Source: Vicugna vicugna
Taxonomy: Eukaryota
Length of the DNA stretch: 64,000 bases
Assembly (NCBI GenBank): GCA_013265495.1
Contig: MU059175.1
Span: forward strand, 4,126,588 to 4,190,587
Direction: 5' to 3'
The notes below the pieces were generated by a model. The model was not told the DNA's origin and did not search any database. It saw only the letters and a program-made list of their open reading frames with translations. The position numbers were made by a program, and so were the translations under genes. Positions 22,699-34,940 of the stretch are shown here, in pieces (positions within the stretch are counted from its first letter, which is position 1; every line of letters begins with the position of its first letter).

Positions 22699-25334
22699 TT
22701 GAAATCACACTAGAATTCCCAGGGCCCAGGTATTGGACCTACATTGTGGATCAATTGGAGTACTGTTTGGCTTTTGTAACCTTTTTAGCATTGATTTTTA
22801 TGAACCATTTCCTTGGATAAAAATAGCCTTGTTGGATTTAGACACATTTGAGTTTGAACCTCGTAAAAGACGGGTAGAGAAGAGCTCTGGCCCTGGCACT
22901 CAGAGTTTTTTTTTTAAGGCATTCAGAGTTCTCCAGTCTTTCCCAGATGCAGTGTTCACTTTATGAACTAGCTGAATATTTTTTCCTCTTGAACGTGGTT
23001 GATGAATTCTTAGCCCATGGATCTTATTCATTCACATATCTTATTATGGCAACTCTAAATCCTACACATGATGCCTTTTTTCATCTCTTTTCAGCCCTTT
23101 TTATTCTGTCATTATCTATCGCCCCTTCCCTGTCCTCTACCCCCAGCACCTTAACTTTCAGTTTTCAATCCCCCAATGCCTGACATCCATGTCTCATTTA
23201 AGTGTGTATTACATGGAATTTACCTTATAACACGAAGATGACTTACAGATTCCTTCATTCAGCTTATGTTTATATTTACACTGCCCCTGTGATGTATGAG
23301 GGACTTACTCAGGGATCACACATTCAGTTTGGGCTGCTTGTATTTTAAAATCCAATTAATGATTTTTAGAAAATAGTTCTCTTTTTGAAATGCTTTTGTT
23401 GGTTTGCATTTTGGGAAAACTTTTTTTTTTAAGTAGAATGAAGATTCACTTTTGGTTTTAAAGTAGGATTCATTCTGGATTTTGGTTCATTTTTGTCTCA
23501 AATCTTAATGCATTTAAATCTTACTGTTAGCAGCTCAGGGCCCAGGTGGGCAGATAGTATCCATTGTATCAATTAGGACATTGAAGCATAAAAGTCAGGT
23601 TAATTCAGCCTGTGTTCACTTACCTAAATGGGCTAACATGTCACCCTTATGGGTTGGACTCCACATCAACCAGCTTTGCTTTCCATCATCCCATTCCTCG
23701 TCCTTTATGGGTTCTTATCCATCAGATGCATCCTTGTTATCGGCCACTAGGGGAATGGGGTTAAAGTGAGTGGATAAGCACACCTAAATTTAGTCTCTTT
23801 TGTATTCCATGATCGTGAAACTGAATCAATAGGGTGATCTGTACAAAGGACATAGGCAAGTGTAGTTGTTCTCAGTATACCTCTTGCATTATTTGGGATA
23901 TTCCTCTTTGTTTTGAAGAGGCTTAATTATAGACTAAACACCTTTTTGTTCAGGGAACCAAATCTGTACATAGATTTGTTAGTGGTAGTGTCAAGGCTCC
24001 CTGCAAGGATAGTAAACCCTGAATGCCTTACTTACGGAAAATCATTGCCCCAGTGAGGTAAGTCACAGATCTTTGGACCATAATGACTGTATAGCAGAAT
24101 TATCATCTAGCAACTTTGTGGGTTTACCGTTAGCATGTGAAGCTGTTTGCCTTTTGGCAGTATTTTGCTTTCATCAAGATGATCTCAGCTTTCATTAAGT
24201 TTTCATCTAATTGAAAAGATTGATTTTTGAGTAGGTGAGAGTCCTTTTATGTGATGTCTCAAAGGACAGAGTATGGGTCAAATCACTCTTCAAATGGATG
24301 GTAATTGTGAAGAAGAGGCTTTTAAAATGGAGATAGCAAGTTATCCAGAGTTTATTGGAACTAAGAGCTTTTATGTGTAATAAGCTTCCACATTTGTAAA
24401 TAACTGGAACCTTAATAACCCACTGAAAACCCTGAGACCAAGGCTTGAACCAGAGTTATGCTTTCCCTTTTACCACCCTTCCAACACTGGCATTTTGTGA
24501 TAGGTGCTCCTGTAGTAGGACCTGGAAAGTTCGTCATTGTTCCTTGGATTGCTGAAGTATTTTACTCTTTGTACTTTTGCTTCTTGTAAAATTAAGACTC
24601 AGTAGAAAAATCCGAGGACCAAAATGAATACACTTCCCTTTGTATGATATGCCACAGCCTTGTGGGATAAAATATTGAGAGCAAGTAGGTCATCTAAGCA
24701 TCCATTTAAGCCTTTTCCCTGATCTGAGAGGAGGTGGTGGTGCCACAGAGCAGGTTGTGAAGAGGAGTCAGTATTAAAAACTATTGCTTAGCTCTTGGAA
24801 ATACTTCCCTAGAAATGGTAAATAGCAGTAAATCAGCTTTCAGGGAGGAGACACGTTGCCATTAAATGTCTTGTTTTTGTGTCAGCTTTGTAATGAACAA
24901 AGGGATGTTCTTTCTTACATACGTGGAATCTTGTGCTTTTAAATTTCTTCCAAACACTGGCGATTAAAAACTTCTCCTCTGTGTAAGTAAGGTGTTCTGT
25001 ATTTTATAAGTGCCTCTTTCTCTTTGGGGTAATTTTATATGCTGTTAATGACTATGAACATACTATTACTGTTCCATACTTAAAATTCTATCTTCTCAGG
25101 GTCTTAAATAGTCACTGGTAGAATCTTGAACTCTTTGGGGATCTCTATATAAAATGTGAATAAATAAATTACCCACTTAATCATGAGCGTATTACTCTTA
25201 CGGTCTATGAAGGTAGGGGCTTAATTTGATTTTCAAGGTTGTTGGCTTTGGAAATATTGCTTAGAAATGTGTTCTAATGTCTAAAGAGCAATAATGTTAT
25301 TTTACTCTCGTAGTTTGATAGCTGTTGATACATA

Positions 25335-25422
25335 AGATGTGTATGTGTGTTATATATGTGTTTTATATATAAAACACATACATATATACATGTATTTATA
25401 TGTATATATGTGTGTGTGTATA
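25335..25422. repeat. Mixed (TG/TA/CA)n simple repeat containing a perfect 26-bp palindrome at 25355-25380
   Basis: TATGTGTTTTATATATAAAACACATA equals its own reverse complement. Confidence 0.85.
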
Positions 25423-26429
25423 AGACAAGAAGGAAAATTTGACTAAAGAGAAGATTGGACTAAAGATTTGACTAATCTTTTTCGCTTTCTTTAAATGTTG
25501 TTTTTCTAGGAGTTACCTGCACCTACCAGTATGCTCCTAGCTCTCTGCTTACCACTGAGACAACAGAGGGTGGAAATATTAATGCTTACTTTGTGATATT
25601 TTATCTGTATGTCATTGGTCAGTAAATCTTCCCAGATTTTAAAGAGCAATGCCAAGTGGTTGGTGTACTGGCTGTGAAAAAATCAGGTTGCGTTTAACCA
25701 CATGAATTTTAAAGTGATTCCCTGAACACTAGGGATTGATTGTACAAGCTTTGTGTAATTTTAATAATTCGTCTTGTTTGACTAATGTAACTATTTCATC
25801 TAAAAAGGGTTGGTATTTTGGAATTCTCAAATTGTAGGAAGTTTTAAAACTGAAGGGTATCTTATTAAGTCCTGAATTTGAGAAAGGCTGCTGTCTATCC
25901 AGTATGGTTTAGAATATATCTTTTCACCTCTTAAAAAAATTGTTGTCCTTGGAAGCTGTTAAGAACTCTGGCAGGACAGCTTGCCTTTTCTCCTTCGAGA
26001 GGCCTGCTGTACATGTGCTCAACAGTCAATCTGTCTTAGAAAGTGGGTGGTTCTTTCCCCCTTTTGATGGGAAGCTGATGGCCCAGCCCTGTTGGGCACT
26101 CAGTGTTCCAGGAAACAAGAAAACGTGAAATAGTAGCTGAAGTCCCTGAATGTTACACTATCAATTTGCTTCTGATTCTGGATGCATTTTGTAGATCTGC
26201 TTGGTATCATTTCTCTGTCCTTTGACTCCTAGTTTAGAATGGGAAAGGTTAAGCTCATTAAGCAGTATGAGTGCACTTGGTGTGCTAATCAGTGATGTTG
26301 AAGTATCTCTGGGTGCTACCGACTGCAGGGTTCGTTGGTTTGGGTTGGAGCAGTAGAGCTAAGGCTCTTCATATTTAAGTTTCTACTCCGACCAGAGTTT
26401 TACATGAAAATGACCACTTATGAGTGGAG

Positions 26430-27950
26430 TAATTGGTGGTGTCTTAAAAGCGTGTGATATAGTGCACAGTAAGTTAACAGGAAAAAATCTCTTGGAGGAT
26501 AATTTTTAAAGGGAAGGAGGGATTTGAAGGTGGGTATGCATGAAGTTTTTATAGTGATGAGTGTGTGTGTGAATTGGAATTAGGGGAGGGAAGATGCCAA
26601 GAAGAAAAAGTAACAGTTACGAAAGTATGGAGGTGGAAAGTTCAGTGAGTGGGACAAAGGCTACTTTGGGACATATCAAATTAAGAGCCAGGCACTCCAT
26701 TTTTGGAACTCTTGGTGTGTTACTGTTTTTTGTTTTTTTTTCGTCACCCACATGATAAACATCAATAAGGATATAATGTAGGTTATGAAGCTTAGGTATG
26801 TCCTCAGAAAAAGGGTTGATGAGGCTCGGGAAGTTCTTTGGAGAATCGATAGGGGAAGGGATCATGGAAAATCGGGAAAACCTGAGAGACTTCGTTAGTT
26901 TGAAGTTTTGAGTGCTGGAATATCAGTAGTGGCTTTGAGAATAAAGCAGTGGGTTTGAGAGAGGAACTGGTTGAACTTGGAGATCAAGTTCATGGGTGCT
27001 TCCTGCTCTCTCTAGACTTTATTAGATGCTTAGGATGGTAAGATTTAGGAAGAGGTAAGAGTCTCTGGAAACTTTCTGAACTTTATGTATGATCCCCTGC
27101 ATTTCCTGTTCATACGGAGCTGAAATTTTCTGTATTGGGAAACTTAAACATCATAAGTAGAGCATCTAGTCTGTCTTCAAGTGGTTGTTCTCAGGGAACC
27201 TTTGAAACTTCATGAATTTTCGCCTCCCCACTCCCAAAACAGAAATAGTTGGGACATGTTACAGGTTGCATGGATGTGATTCGAGGTTTCAACTCTTGTT
27301 TCCCTTTTACTAGATGGTACCATGTTTTATATCTTGTGTAAGACCTTGGCAGACTGCCTTGGTGGGGCTGAAAGCCTCTTCGAATGGAGTAAATTATGTG
27401 GCAGAGCAGCATTTTGGAGTAGAAGGTTTTGACGTAGACCCTAGTATGTTTTCCAATAACTTCTCTCTTCTAGCCACCATTCAGAAAGAGGAAATAGAGG
27501 AGAGAGGACATTCTATGTTGTTGTAACAGTGAGAATAAAAGCAAGGAAATAGGAAAATTTGAGAGAGATTCACAGGATGGCTCTAGGTCATTTTGACCTT
27601 GTGCAGGCTTTTTGCATGAGAAGTTAGAAGAAAATGTTAGAGCGGATAGGCGATAGAATGAGATGTTCTGGGGAGGTTGAAACTAGCCACGATGGGTGAA
27701 ATGTAGGTGATGGGGGAGAGAGACAGGAAGCAATGTATTTGGTGATAAAGGCTTGCCCTTGTGTCACGGGAATTGGAAAATAGAAGGGTGGATGTTGGTT
27801 GTAGTGAGGGGAAAATGAACGGTTGTGGACTTCAAAAGTAAGGAGGTATGATTTAGTGGATATGTACCCAAGGTTCAGATCCCAGGAGTCTGAAGGTTGG
27901 GTAGCAGCATTAGGAAGAAAAAGATAATGGAGAGGAAGAGTTGGTTTGGG
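26430..27950 (-). mobile_element. Long degenerate L2 LINE relic including RT-region remnants
   Basis: Purine-rich plus strand typical of reverse L2. The minus-strand peptide RGFQPHQGS (around 27350-27380) resembles the Q-GF-P-HS motif of L2/CR1 RT. Confidence 0.45.
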
Positions 27951-27953
27951 GGT

Positions 27954-28323
27954 TGTATCAGTCTCCATGGGCTGCCATAGCAGAATACCACAGACTGAGT
28001 TACTTAAACTAAAGTGATGTATTTTCTCATAGTTCTGGAGGCTAGAAGGCCAAGATTTAGGGCTGGGAGGGTTGATTTCTGGTATGGCCTTGCTTCTTAA
28101 CTTGTAGGGAGCCGCCTTCTCACTGTATCCTCCTGTGGTGTTTACACCTGCATGCTCCTGGTGAATCTTCCCCCTCTAGTATGAGCACCAGTCCTGTCGA
28201 TGACAGCCCACCCTTATGTTCTCATTAACCCAGTGTGCTTAAGGGCTTTGTTTCCATATCCAGTCACACTAGGGGTTGGGACCTCAACGCGTGGATTTTA
28301 GGAGAGACATTCAGTCCATGACA
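27954..28323 (-). mobile_element. MLT1 (MaLR) solo LTR, MLT1A/B-like
   Basis: TG...CA termini (TGTATCAGTCTCCATGGGCTGCCATAGCAGAATACCACAGACTG ... ACATTCAGTCCATGACA) and a perfect 5-bp TSD GGGGT at 27949-27953 and 28324-28328. Confidence 0.88.
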
Positions 28324-30779
28324 GGGGTAAAGGTATTTAATTCCTCTACGGGTGAAGAGAAATTAATCTCTTTTTCCTGGGTTTCTGATCTATAGTTTGC
28401 ATTTTTTTTTTTTTTTTTGATGCAGAAGAAAAATGCTTTCTGATCTTTACAACTAGTCAAAGGCTTCTTTTCTTGTTCCTACCCCAGGGATTGGGCATTT
28501 CCAGTGTGGAGAGTTTCTGCCCCCTTTCACCCTGTACAACACTTTCTGACCAACTCTACCTTTTTAAAGTTTGGTTTTGACAATTGATACACAATTGATT
28601 TTCTTGTCTCTTCAGTTTTATAGTCTGACCTCTTGTTACAAACTGCTTTTAAAGGCATGGTGCTTATGCTTTAAAAGCCACTTAAACAGAACATGTATTT
28701 AAAAGACATGATGTTTTTGCCACAGGTGTCAAGAGGGTCTTGGCAGTGTTTTTCCCTGAATGTCTGCTGAAGTGTGTGTGTGCAGCTCGGAGACCCTGGG
28801 CCCCTTTTGCTTGGAGAACGTCAAGTGTTCATCCTGGAATTCTTGATACTTCTGTTGGAAATGCTAAGAGATGTGAACTTGGGGGTGTTTTCTGTTTCTT
28901 TCGCTTTGTGTGCTTAGGCAGAGCACACATCTACAAGTCACCAGGGCCTTAGTGAGGCCCTGGATTTCAAGTTTAAAAAGAAAATTAGCGATGGAATCCT
29001 AATATAGAAAAAAATAAAATAAAAGCTGTGGGATAAATGGCTAACACCTAGTTATGTTATTAGCTACTCAGTTTGTAGTTACTGGCCTCGACCCAGCTTA
29101 ACTATTGCTTTCCTGTCTCTTCAGGGTAACTATCAGAGATGCACACCTTTAACTGTCTTTTCTTGGGGGAAGGCAGCAAGACTTTGAGCTCTCTTCAGGC
29201 TGAGGTTTATAGATGTTGGTGAGGTTGAGTTGTGAGAAGGGGATGGAGCCTGAAATAGATACTATCCCATTTCCTTCAGTCAGGTTTTTAGTGTGGCCTC
29301 ATTTTATTTGAAAGTGAACTCCCAGGGCAGCTGATATGCTTGTAATTAATCCTAAGTAGAAAATCCATTCCAGAGCCCAAACTCTATTTTTACTTTACCT
29401 GTCCAGGCTCAGAATGGGGAAGGGCATGTGTGGGTTTGGTGAAAATGTCCACTGTCCTTTCATCCAAGCAGGCATTTCAGTGTATTTTTGTGCCCTTTCT
29501 CTTCTATCCTTGCCACCAGAAAAAGTTGTCAATTTCAGAATTCCCTCCCTGAACTCTCCCTGGGATTCATTTATAGCTGTTAGATCTATTTAGTTTCCAG
29601 TACAAAATAGGAGAACAGCAATAGGACACTTCACTTGTTTGAGAGTGGTTCTCTAGCCAAAGAATGATTTAGGAGAACATTTCTCACTTGCTGAAAGGCT
29701 TTTTTTCCCTTCTTACCAGCAGCTACAATTTTATGTATGTCTTAAAGCGTTATCCAGACATTGTAGTATTGCCCTGTGAAAACTAGTTTCAAGAGTTAGA
29801 AATTAATGTAATTACTTCACTCTAGGAGCATGAGTTCCTCTGAGTGCCCTACCTCTGTACAGTCAAGAGAGGGTTAAAAGAAAACAGCTTTTTGAAAAAC
29901 ACCTTCAAATATCTTTTTCTCATTTGTAAGCTATACTTGGTAAGGACCTGAATGACAGAAGAAGGTAATAATTTTTTGTATGTTTATACTCTGTATTTTT
30001 CCCCTGGTTGGTGCCCCTCCCCTGTTTTCTTGGGGAAGGAAGCCAAGTTCTTCCTAGTTACCAACTAAGGGTTCCATCATAAAGGTGGGATGTGATAACT
30101 TGTATAACAAATTATTAAGGAAGCAATTTCTTGCCAGACGGTGGGTTTAAAGATGACTTAGCTAAAGGATTACTTGCTAAGTGTAGAAAATCATCTTATG
30201 ACAAATTAAAGTTATATGAAAAATGAAAGTTAAATGGGAAATTGTTAGGCAGGTGTCAGATTTAAGTTGTGTAGGTTATTTTGATGAATAATTGAAAATT
30301 TAACCAATCTTATTATTAGATTTGTTTCCTAAATAGTACTTGTTCCCAAGAATTCAGTTGAGGCCATAAAGGGTATGTTTTAATACATAATTTTGTGTAT
30401 AAATTATAGAAAGTATATTGCTTAATACATACATTCACTAACCATCTGTAAAATGATAGTTGTGGGAAGGGGGTACATTTCCTCCTAACCATTTAGGGAA
30501 AAATTACCTTTTTTTTTTTTAAATGGTTGTGTCTTAGCTCCTTGGGTACTGGCCTGGACTGATGCAGAAGGCAATTGAAAATAGAAACTAAATAGGCAGG
30601 CCAAACTTCTCTTCTTCTTTACTGAGTCTTTAAAATTACCAAGGCCATTTAAGATGTATTGGTAACAAGGAAAAAATTGGGGTACTGATTTCTTTTAGAG
30701 TATAGAAGCTCTGAGCCTGTTTTCTTTTATTTGAATTATTTTCTCATTTATTCCTTCCAGTAAGCAGGCAAGATAATGT

Positions 30780-30900
30780 GATCATTTTCTCCAAGTTCTC
30801 GATGAGGAAATCAAGGCTTAGAATGGTGCATGCTGGAAAGAATCTCTGCAGAGCTTGTGGTTGAAACCACCACCCTATGTCTGATTACTCAGCAAGCCCT
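30780..30900 (-). mobile_element. MIR fragment
   Basis: GATGAGGAAATCAAGGCTTAGA core. Confidence 0.45.
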
Positions 30901-31299
30901 GCTCAGTATCTATTCCTTCCTGTATTTTGTGTCTCTGCCCATTTACTTTAGGCAATTATCATTTCTTATCTTCCTGACATTTATATCCCCTTTGTCATGC
31001 TAGTTATGAAAATCACGTTGTGCCCTCTTCTTACTATAGCCTTCTAAGCACACATTGCCTGGCCTGTACCCTGTGTTGTCAGCAGAAAGATTCCAGTTGA
31101 GTTTCGCTGCCTTTTTAGTTACTGCTCTGGTGACACTCTCCCTGGATGTGCTCTGGTCTGGTCCTGCCTCCGAAACTTCACTGATGCTCACAGTCCTGTT
31201 TCCCAATAAGAGCTGGATGCCTTTCCCTATCTGTTTACTTGACTGTTGTCTGTTCTACACGTTCCAGCTGATACCCCACTTGTCTTATGAAGGCCTTTG

Positions 31300-31433
31300 C
31301 AGTGGCTCTCAACCTTGGCTGCACATTAGAATCAAATTGGGATGCTTTTAGAAATCCCAGGGTCTGGGCCCTTATGAGAGATTCTTATTTAATTGGTCTG
31401 GAGTGAAGCCAGGCATTGGTTGTTTTAACTGCT
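31300..31433. mobile_element. MER5A/B-like hAT-Charlie MITE
   Basis: CAGTGGCTCTCAACCTTGGCTGCACATTAGAATCA...ATTCTTATTTAATTGGTCTGGAGTG. Confidence 0.75.
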
Positions 31434-31440
31434 TTACTGA

Positions 31441-31610
31441 AGTGGTACAAAGAGCATGTGCTTTACAGTCTGTCTGATAGACCTGGATTTGCAAGTTTTT
31501 TAGTTCAGGAAAGTTAATCTTTCCTAAGCCCATTTCCTCATCCAAAAAATAGGAATAAAATGACCTGTTTCCTTAGATGGTTAGGATTGCATGGGGACAG
31601 CACCCCTCAA
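31441..31610 (+). mobile_element. MIR element
   Basis: AGTGGTACAAAGAGCATGTGCTTTACAGTC...ATTTCCTCATCCAAAAAATAGGAATAAAATGACC. Confidence 0.6.
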
Positions 31611-33839
31611 AAGGGTATAGTGCATTTCCCAACACACCCTGAGCAGATAGCAGCTAGTGTCTTTCTCACCCCTTCCAGCCTTCCTTTTCCCAATGCGCAT
31701 CTTCTTTCTTACATTTGCCATTTATATATTGCCTTTTCCCCCATACTTGAATTTGTCTTTCCACTAAAATTTGTTTACAGGTCCAAGGTCCTCAGGTGAT
31801 GTTTCATTCCATTGTATGCCTAAGTAAAAGCATACCTTTTATGTCTTAAAATATATTAGACATGAAAAGCTTCCAAAGAAAAATAGATACATAGCATCAA
31901 AATTCTTTGAATAGAAAAGTAAACTGGGTCATGTGGGTGTTATCTTAAAATTTCAGCGGCTTAGATTTTTAAAAGGTTTCTCTTTTTCCCTTGTCACTAA
32001 AGACTGTTATTGAAGCCACTGCAAGTTTCCTGCTAATTTACTTTTTAAACACTTATGTCTTACTTTTTTTGTCTTAATAGGTTCCTAGTCCTATCCTTAC
32101 CCAAAGTCTATAATTTTTTTCCCCCTAAGCTGCTTATAGCTTCAGGGTGACTTTCTGAGTGGTATATTCTATCTCCAGTGATAAAGGGCAGATCAACACC
32201 AGTTGAAAGGGATAACTTGCTTTCTATTTTTAAAAGATGGGTTTTTATTGAACTGCTTTTTTTTTTTCCTTTTTCTGAGAGTGAAAGAGTCTCCCTTTAA
32301 ACTCCCATTGTTATTCTCCTGATATGTCAGTAATCACCGCTGGGTTGTCACCGTTTTAGTAACTCAGGATCCATGTATATTTCTAAATCATTCATGTCTT
32401 AGAAATCTTGGAATGAAATAAGCATCCATCTGAGTTCCTTGCCTAGAAAAGTCTGAGCTATATAGTTTGTCTTGATATGAATTAGATCTTTATTGCCTAC
32501 ATTATTTTGATACAATTAGGTATGAAGGCTTTAATTCTTTAAGTTCACCTTGACTTTTCTTATATATAATGGAAGAGTCTGTCTAAACTACCTTTCCTGT
32601 TCTGTGTTACTTTTTTATTAGTGCACATGATTTGGGCTTTCACAGCAGCTCTCTGGAAGGTGACTTTTTTTTTCAGTAACAGAGAAATGCTCTGGTACAG
32701 ACACAAATGTTTCTGATGTCCTTGGAAAGATTTAGAAATCTCTCAAGTTCAGCTACCTTGAGACAGTCAGTGTCCAAAATAGAGCACAGCATCAGTGAAG
32801 ACCAGCCAGGCTGTTCTTCCACTAGGTCATCCACATTCTGGGAGACTTCGTTTTCAGGGTGACCTCATCTGGTGACCTTCAGGGCACAGAGATCTAGAAT
32901 GCCTACTTAGGTCACTGTTTCTTCTTTGGGACTGTAAATTGAACTGAAAAGGTTGAGACAAACTTTTTTTCAAGTGGGACCTAGTATCTCGCCAGCTCTT
33001 TGCAGAGTTCCTTAAACTGATGAACTATTTTTCTAATTTCTTTCCCCTGCAGTTTTAACCTGTTGTTCTGGTCAGGCTGAACCTGGTCACACGCTTCAGA
33101 TGTGCCTCTTGGCAGGTTGACCTGGGCCTTGAGCAGCTGTTAATTGGCGCAATAGATCCAGGTTTCTAGCTGGCTAGTGTTGTGGGAGTTTTGGGTTAAC
33201 CAGACGTGACGCAATGAGGGGTGAGTTACACAGTGGTTCCAATTTGAAGGGCATTTTTCCTCTTGCTATTTTTGTTTCCACATTATCCTTAAAATATAAT
33301 GTAAGGGTTGGAAAATATGTGATTAAAAATTTACATTGGAAGACCATCTGACTGAATCTCTATTATCACCATTTCCTGGATGCTTAGGTATCCCAAAGTG
33401 TAGGATACATGTAACTTTAAAAGAGAACGTGAAAACATTTCACTGTATGACAAACTGGTTCCATTTTTCATTTTGTTCTGACCAGGGAAGATTATTCCAC
33501 GATGTCTAGTGTATTGCTTGGTATTTAGGACTGAGTCTGCTTGGTTTCCCTGCAGATATTAGATATTCCTTGTATGTGACTAATTTACTGAGCTCTGATT
33601 TTTCCAAGTGAGTTTTCTGATTAAAAAACCAGTGGGCATTGTGGAGCAATAAGCTTTTGTAGGCTGGTGGCCTGACCTCTGGCCCTGCCAAGTTGAAGGA
33701 TCCTGAGCCAGTCTCAGGGCTTCCTTTGAAAAAACAAATGGTTGAGCTGGATGGGTTTCAAGATCTCCCTAGGTTCTTAGAGTTCCTTACTAGTAAAATC
33801 CTGCTTACTGGGCTTCCACATTGTGCATGTGACTGCTCC

Positions 33840-34450
33840 CCTAGGATGAGATTCCTCAGGACACAGGTTGTATCTTATCATTTCCTCTTGTTCTCCTCCT
33901 CAGTACCTAGCATGTATTGTGGCCCCTCACCCCCTCCAGAGAGACAAGTGTTACATATATCTAAACGTGGTCCTTACCTTTAGATCTCAGTTTCAGTGTC
34001 ATTGCTCTAGACAGGCCTTTCCTGATTACCTTCCCCATTTTGTTCCCATAGATTTTTTTTTTTTTCGTATCATGGGTTGCAGTTTAAAACAATAGTTTTT
34101 GTCCTTCTGCTTGTTTAATCTCTCTCCCACCAGGTTCCCTGCATGCCTGTCTTGTGGATTTTCATAGCAGGCATTTATTAAGTGGCTGAATCCATGCATG
34201 TCTCATCCTCTTTGTGAACTAGGACAAAGGATGGCCTGATGTGTATGTCCTTTCTCTGTCCTCTGAACCTTATTGTTGTTTTCCCCTCTGTCATCCAGGT
34301 GTAATCCCTGCACAGGTTATGTCCTGTGCTGTGGTTCTACATGTGTTGTGTCCTTTGCTAGACATTGGGTGGGAACTCCGTACCTGAGCCATCTTGAGTA
34401 TCCAGCACAGGGCCCTGCATGTTGCAGGATTTGCACATTAGAATGAATGT
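33840..34450 (+). mobile_element. L2 3' fragments
   Basis: CAGTACCTAGCATG, CCAGCACAGGGCCCTGCATG...GAATGAATG and similar L2 tail motifs. Confidence 0.45.
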
Positions 34451-34504
34451 GAATGTCTTTGTGTGTTAAATAGTTGAGGCACTTCTGTTTTTTTTCTGTG
34501 TCAT

Positions 34505-34940
34505 TCTATTTTTTTTTAATTTTACATGTATGTATGTATTTATATTAAAGTACAGTCAATTACAATGTGTCAATTTCTGGTGTACAGCACAATGTCCCAG
34601 TCATGCATACACATACATATATTCATTTTTTTTTTTTTTTTACATTTTTTATTGAGTTACAGTCATTTTACAATGTGTCAGTTTCCAGTGTAGAGCACAA
34701 TTTTTCAGTTATACATGAACATACATATATTCATTGTTGTATTCTTTTCCCCTGTAAGCTACCACAAGATCTTGTATATATTTCCCTGTGCTATACAGTA
34801 TAATCTTGTTTATTCTACATATACCTGTCAGTGTCTACTAACTTTGAACTCCCAGTCTGTCCCTTCCCACCCCCTCCCCCTTGGCAACCACAAGTTTGTA
34901 TTCTATGTCTGTGAGTCTGTTTCTGTTTTGTATTTATGTT
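34505..34940 (-). mobile_element. Two tandem L1 3' ends (short 34505-34626; longer 34627-34940), two different subfamilies
   Basis: Poly(T) followed by TTACAATGTGTCAATTTCTGGTGTACAGCACAATG, then a second poly(T) with ATTGAGTTACAGTCATTTTACAATGTGTC...TTTCCCTGTGCTATACAGTA...CCCCTTGGCAACCACAAGTTTG. Confidence 0.88.

Noticed and set aside
23741-23759. CTCF-like CGGCCACTAGGGGAA
   Set aside because: Lacks the conserved GGC at the 3' part of the core.
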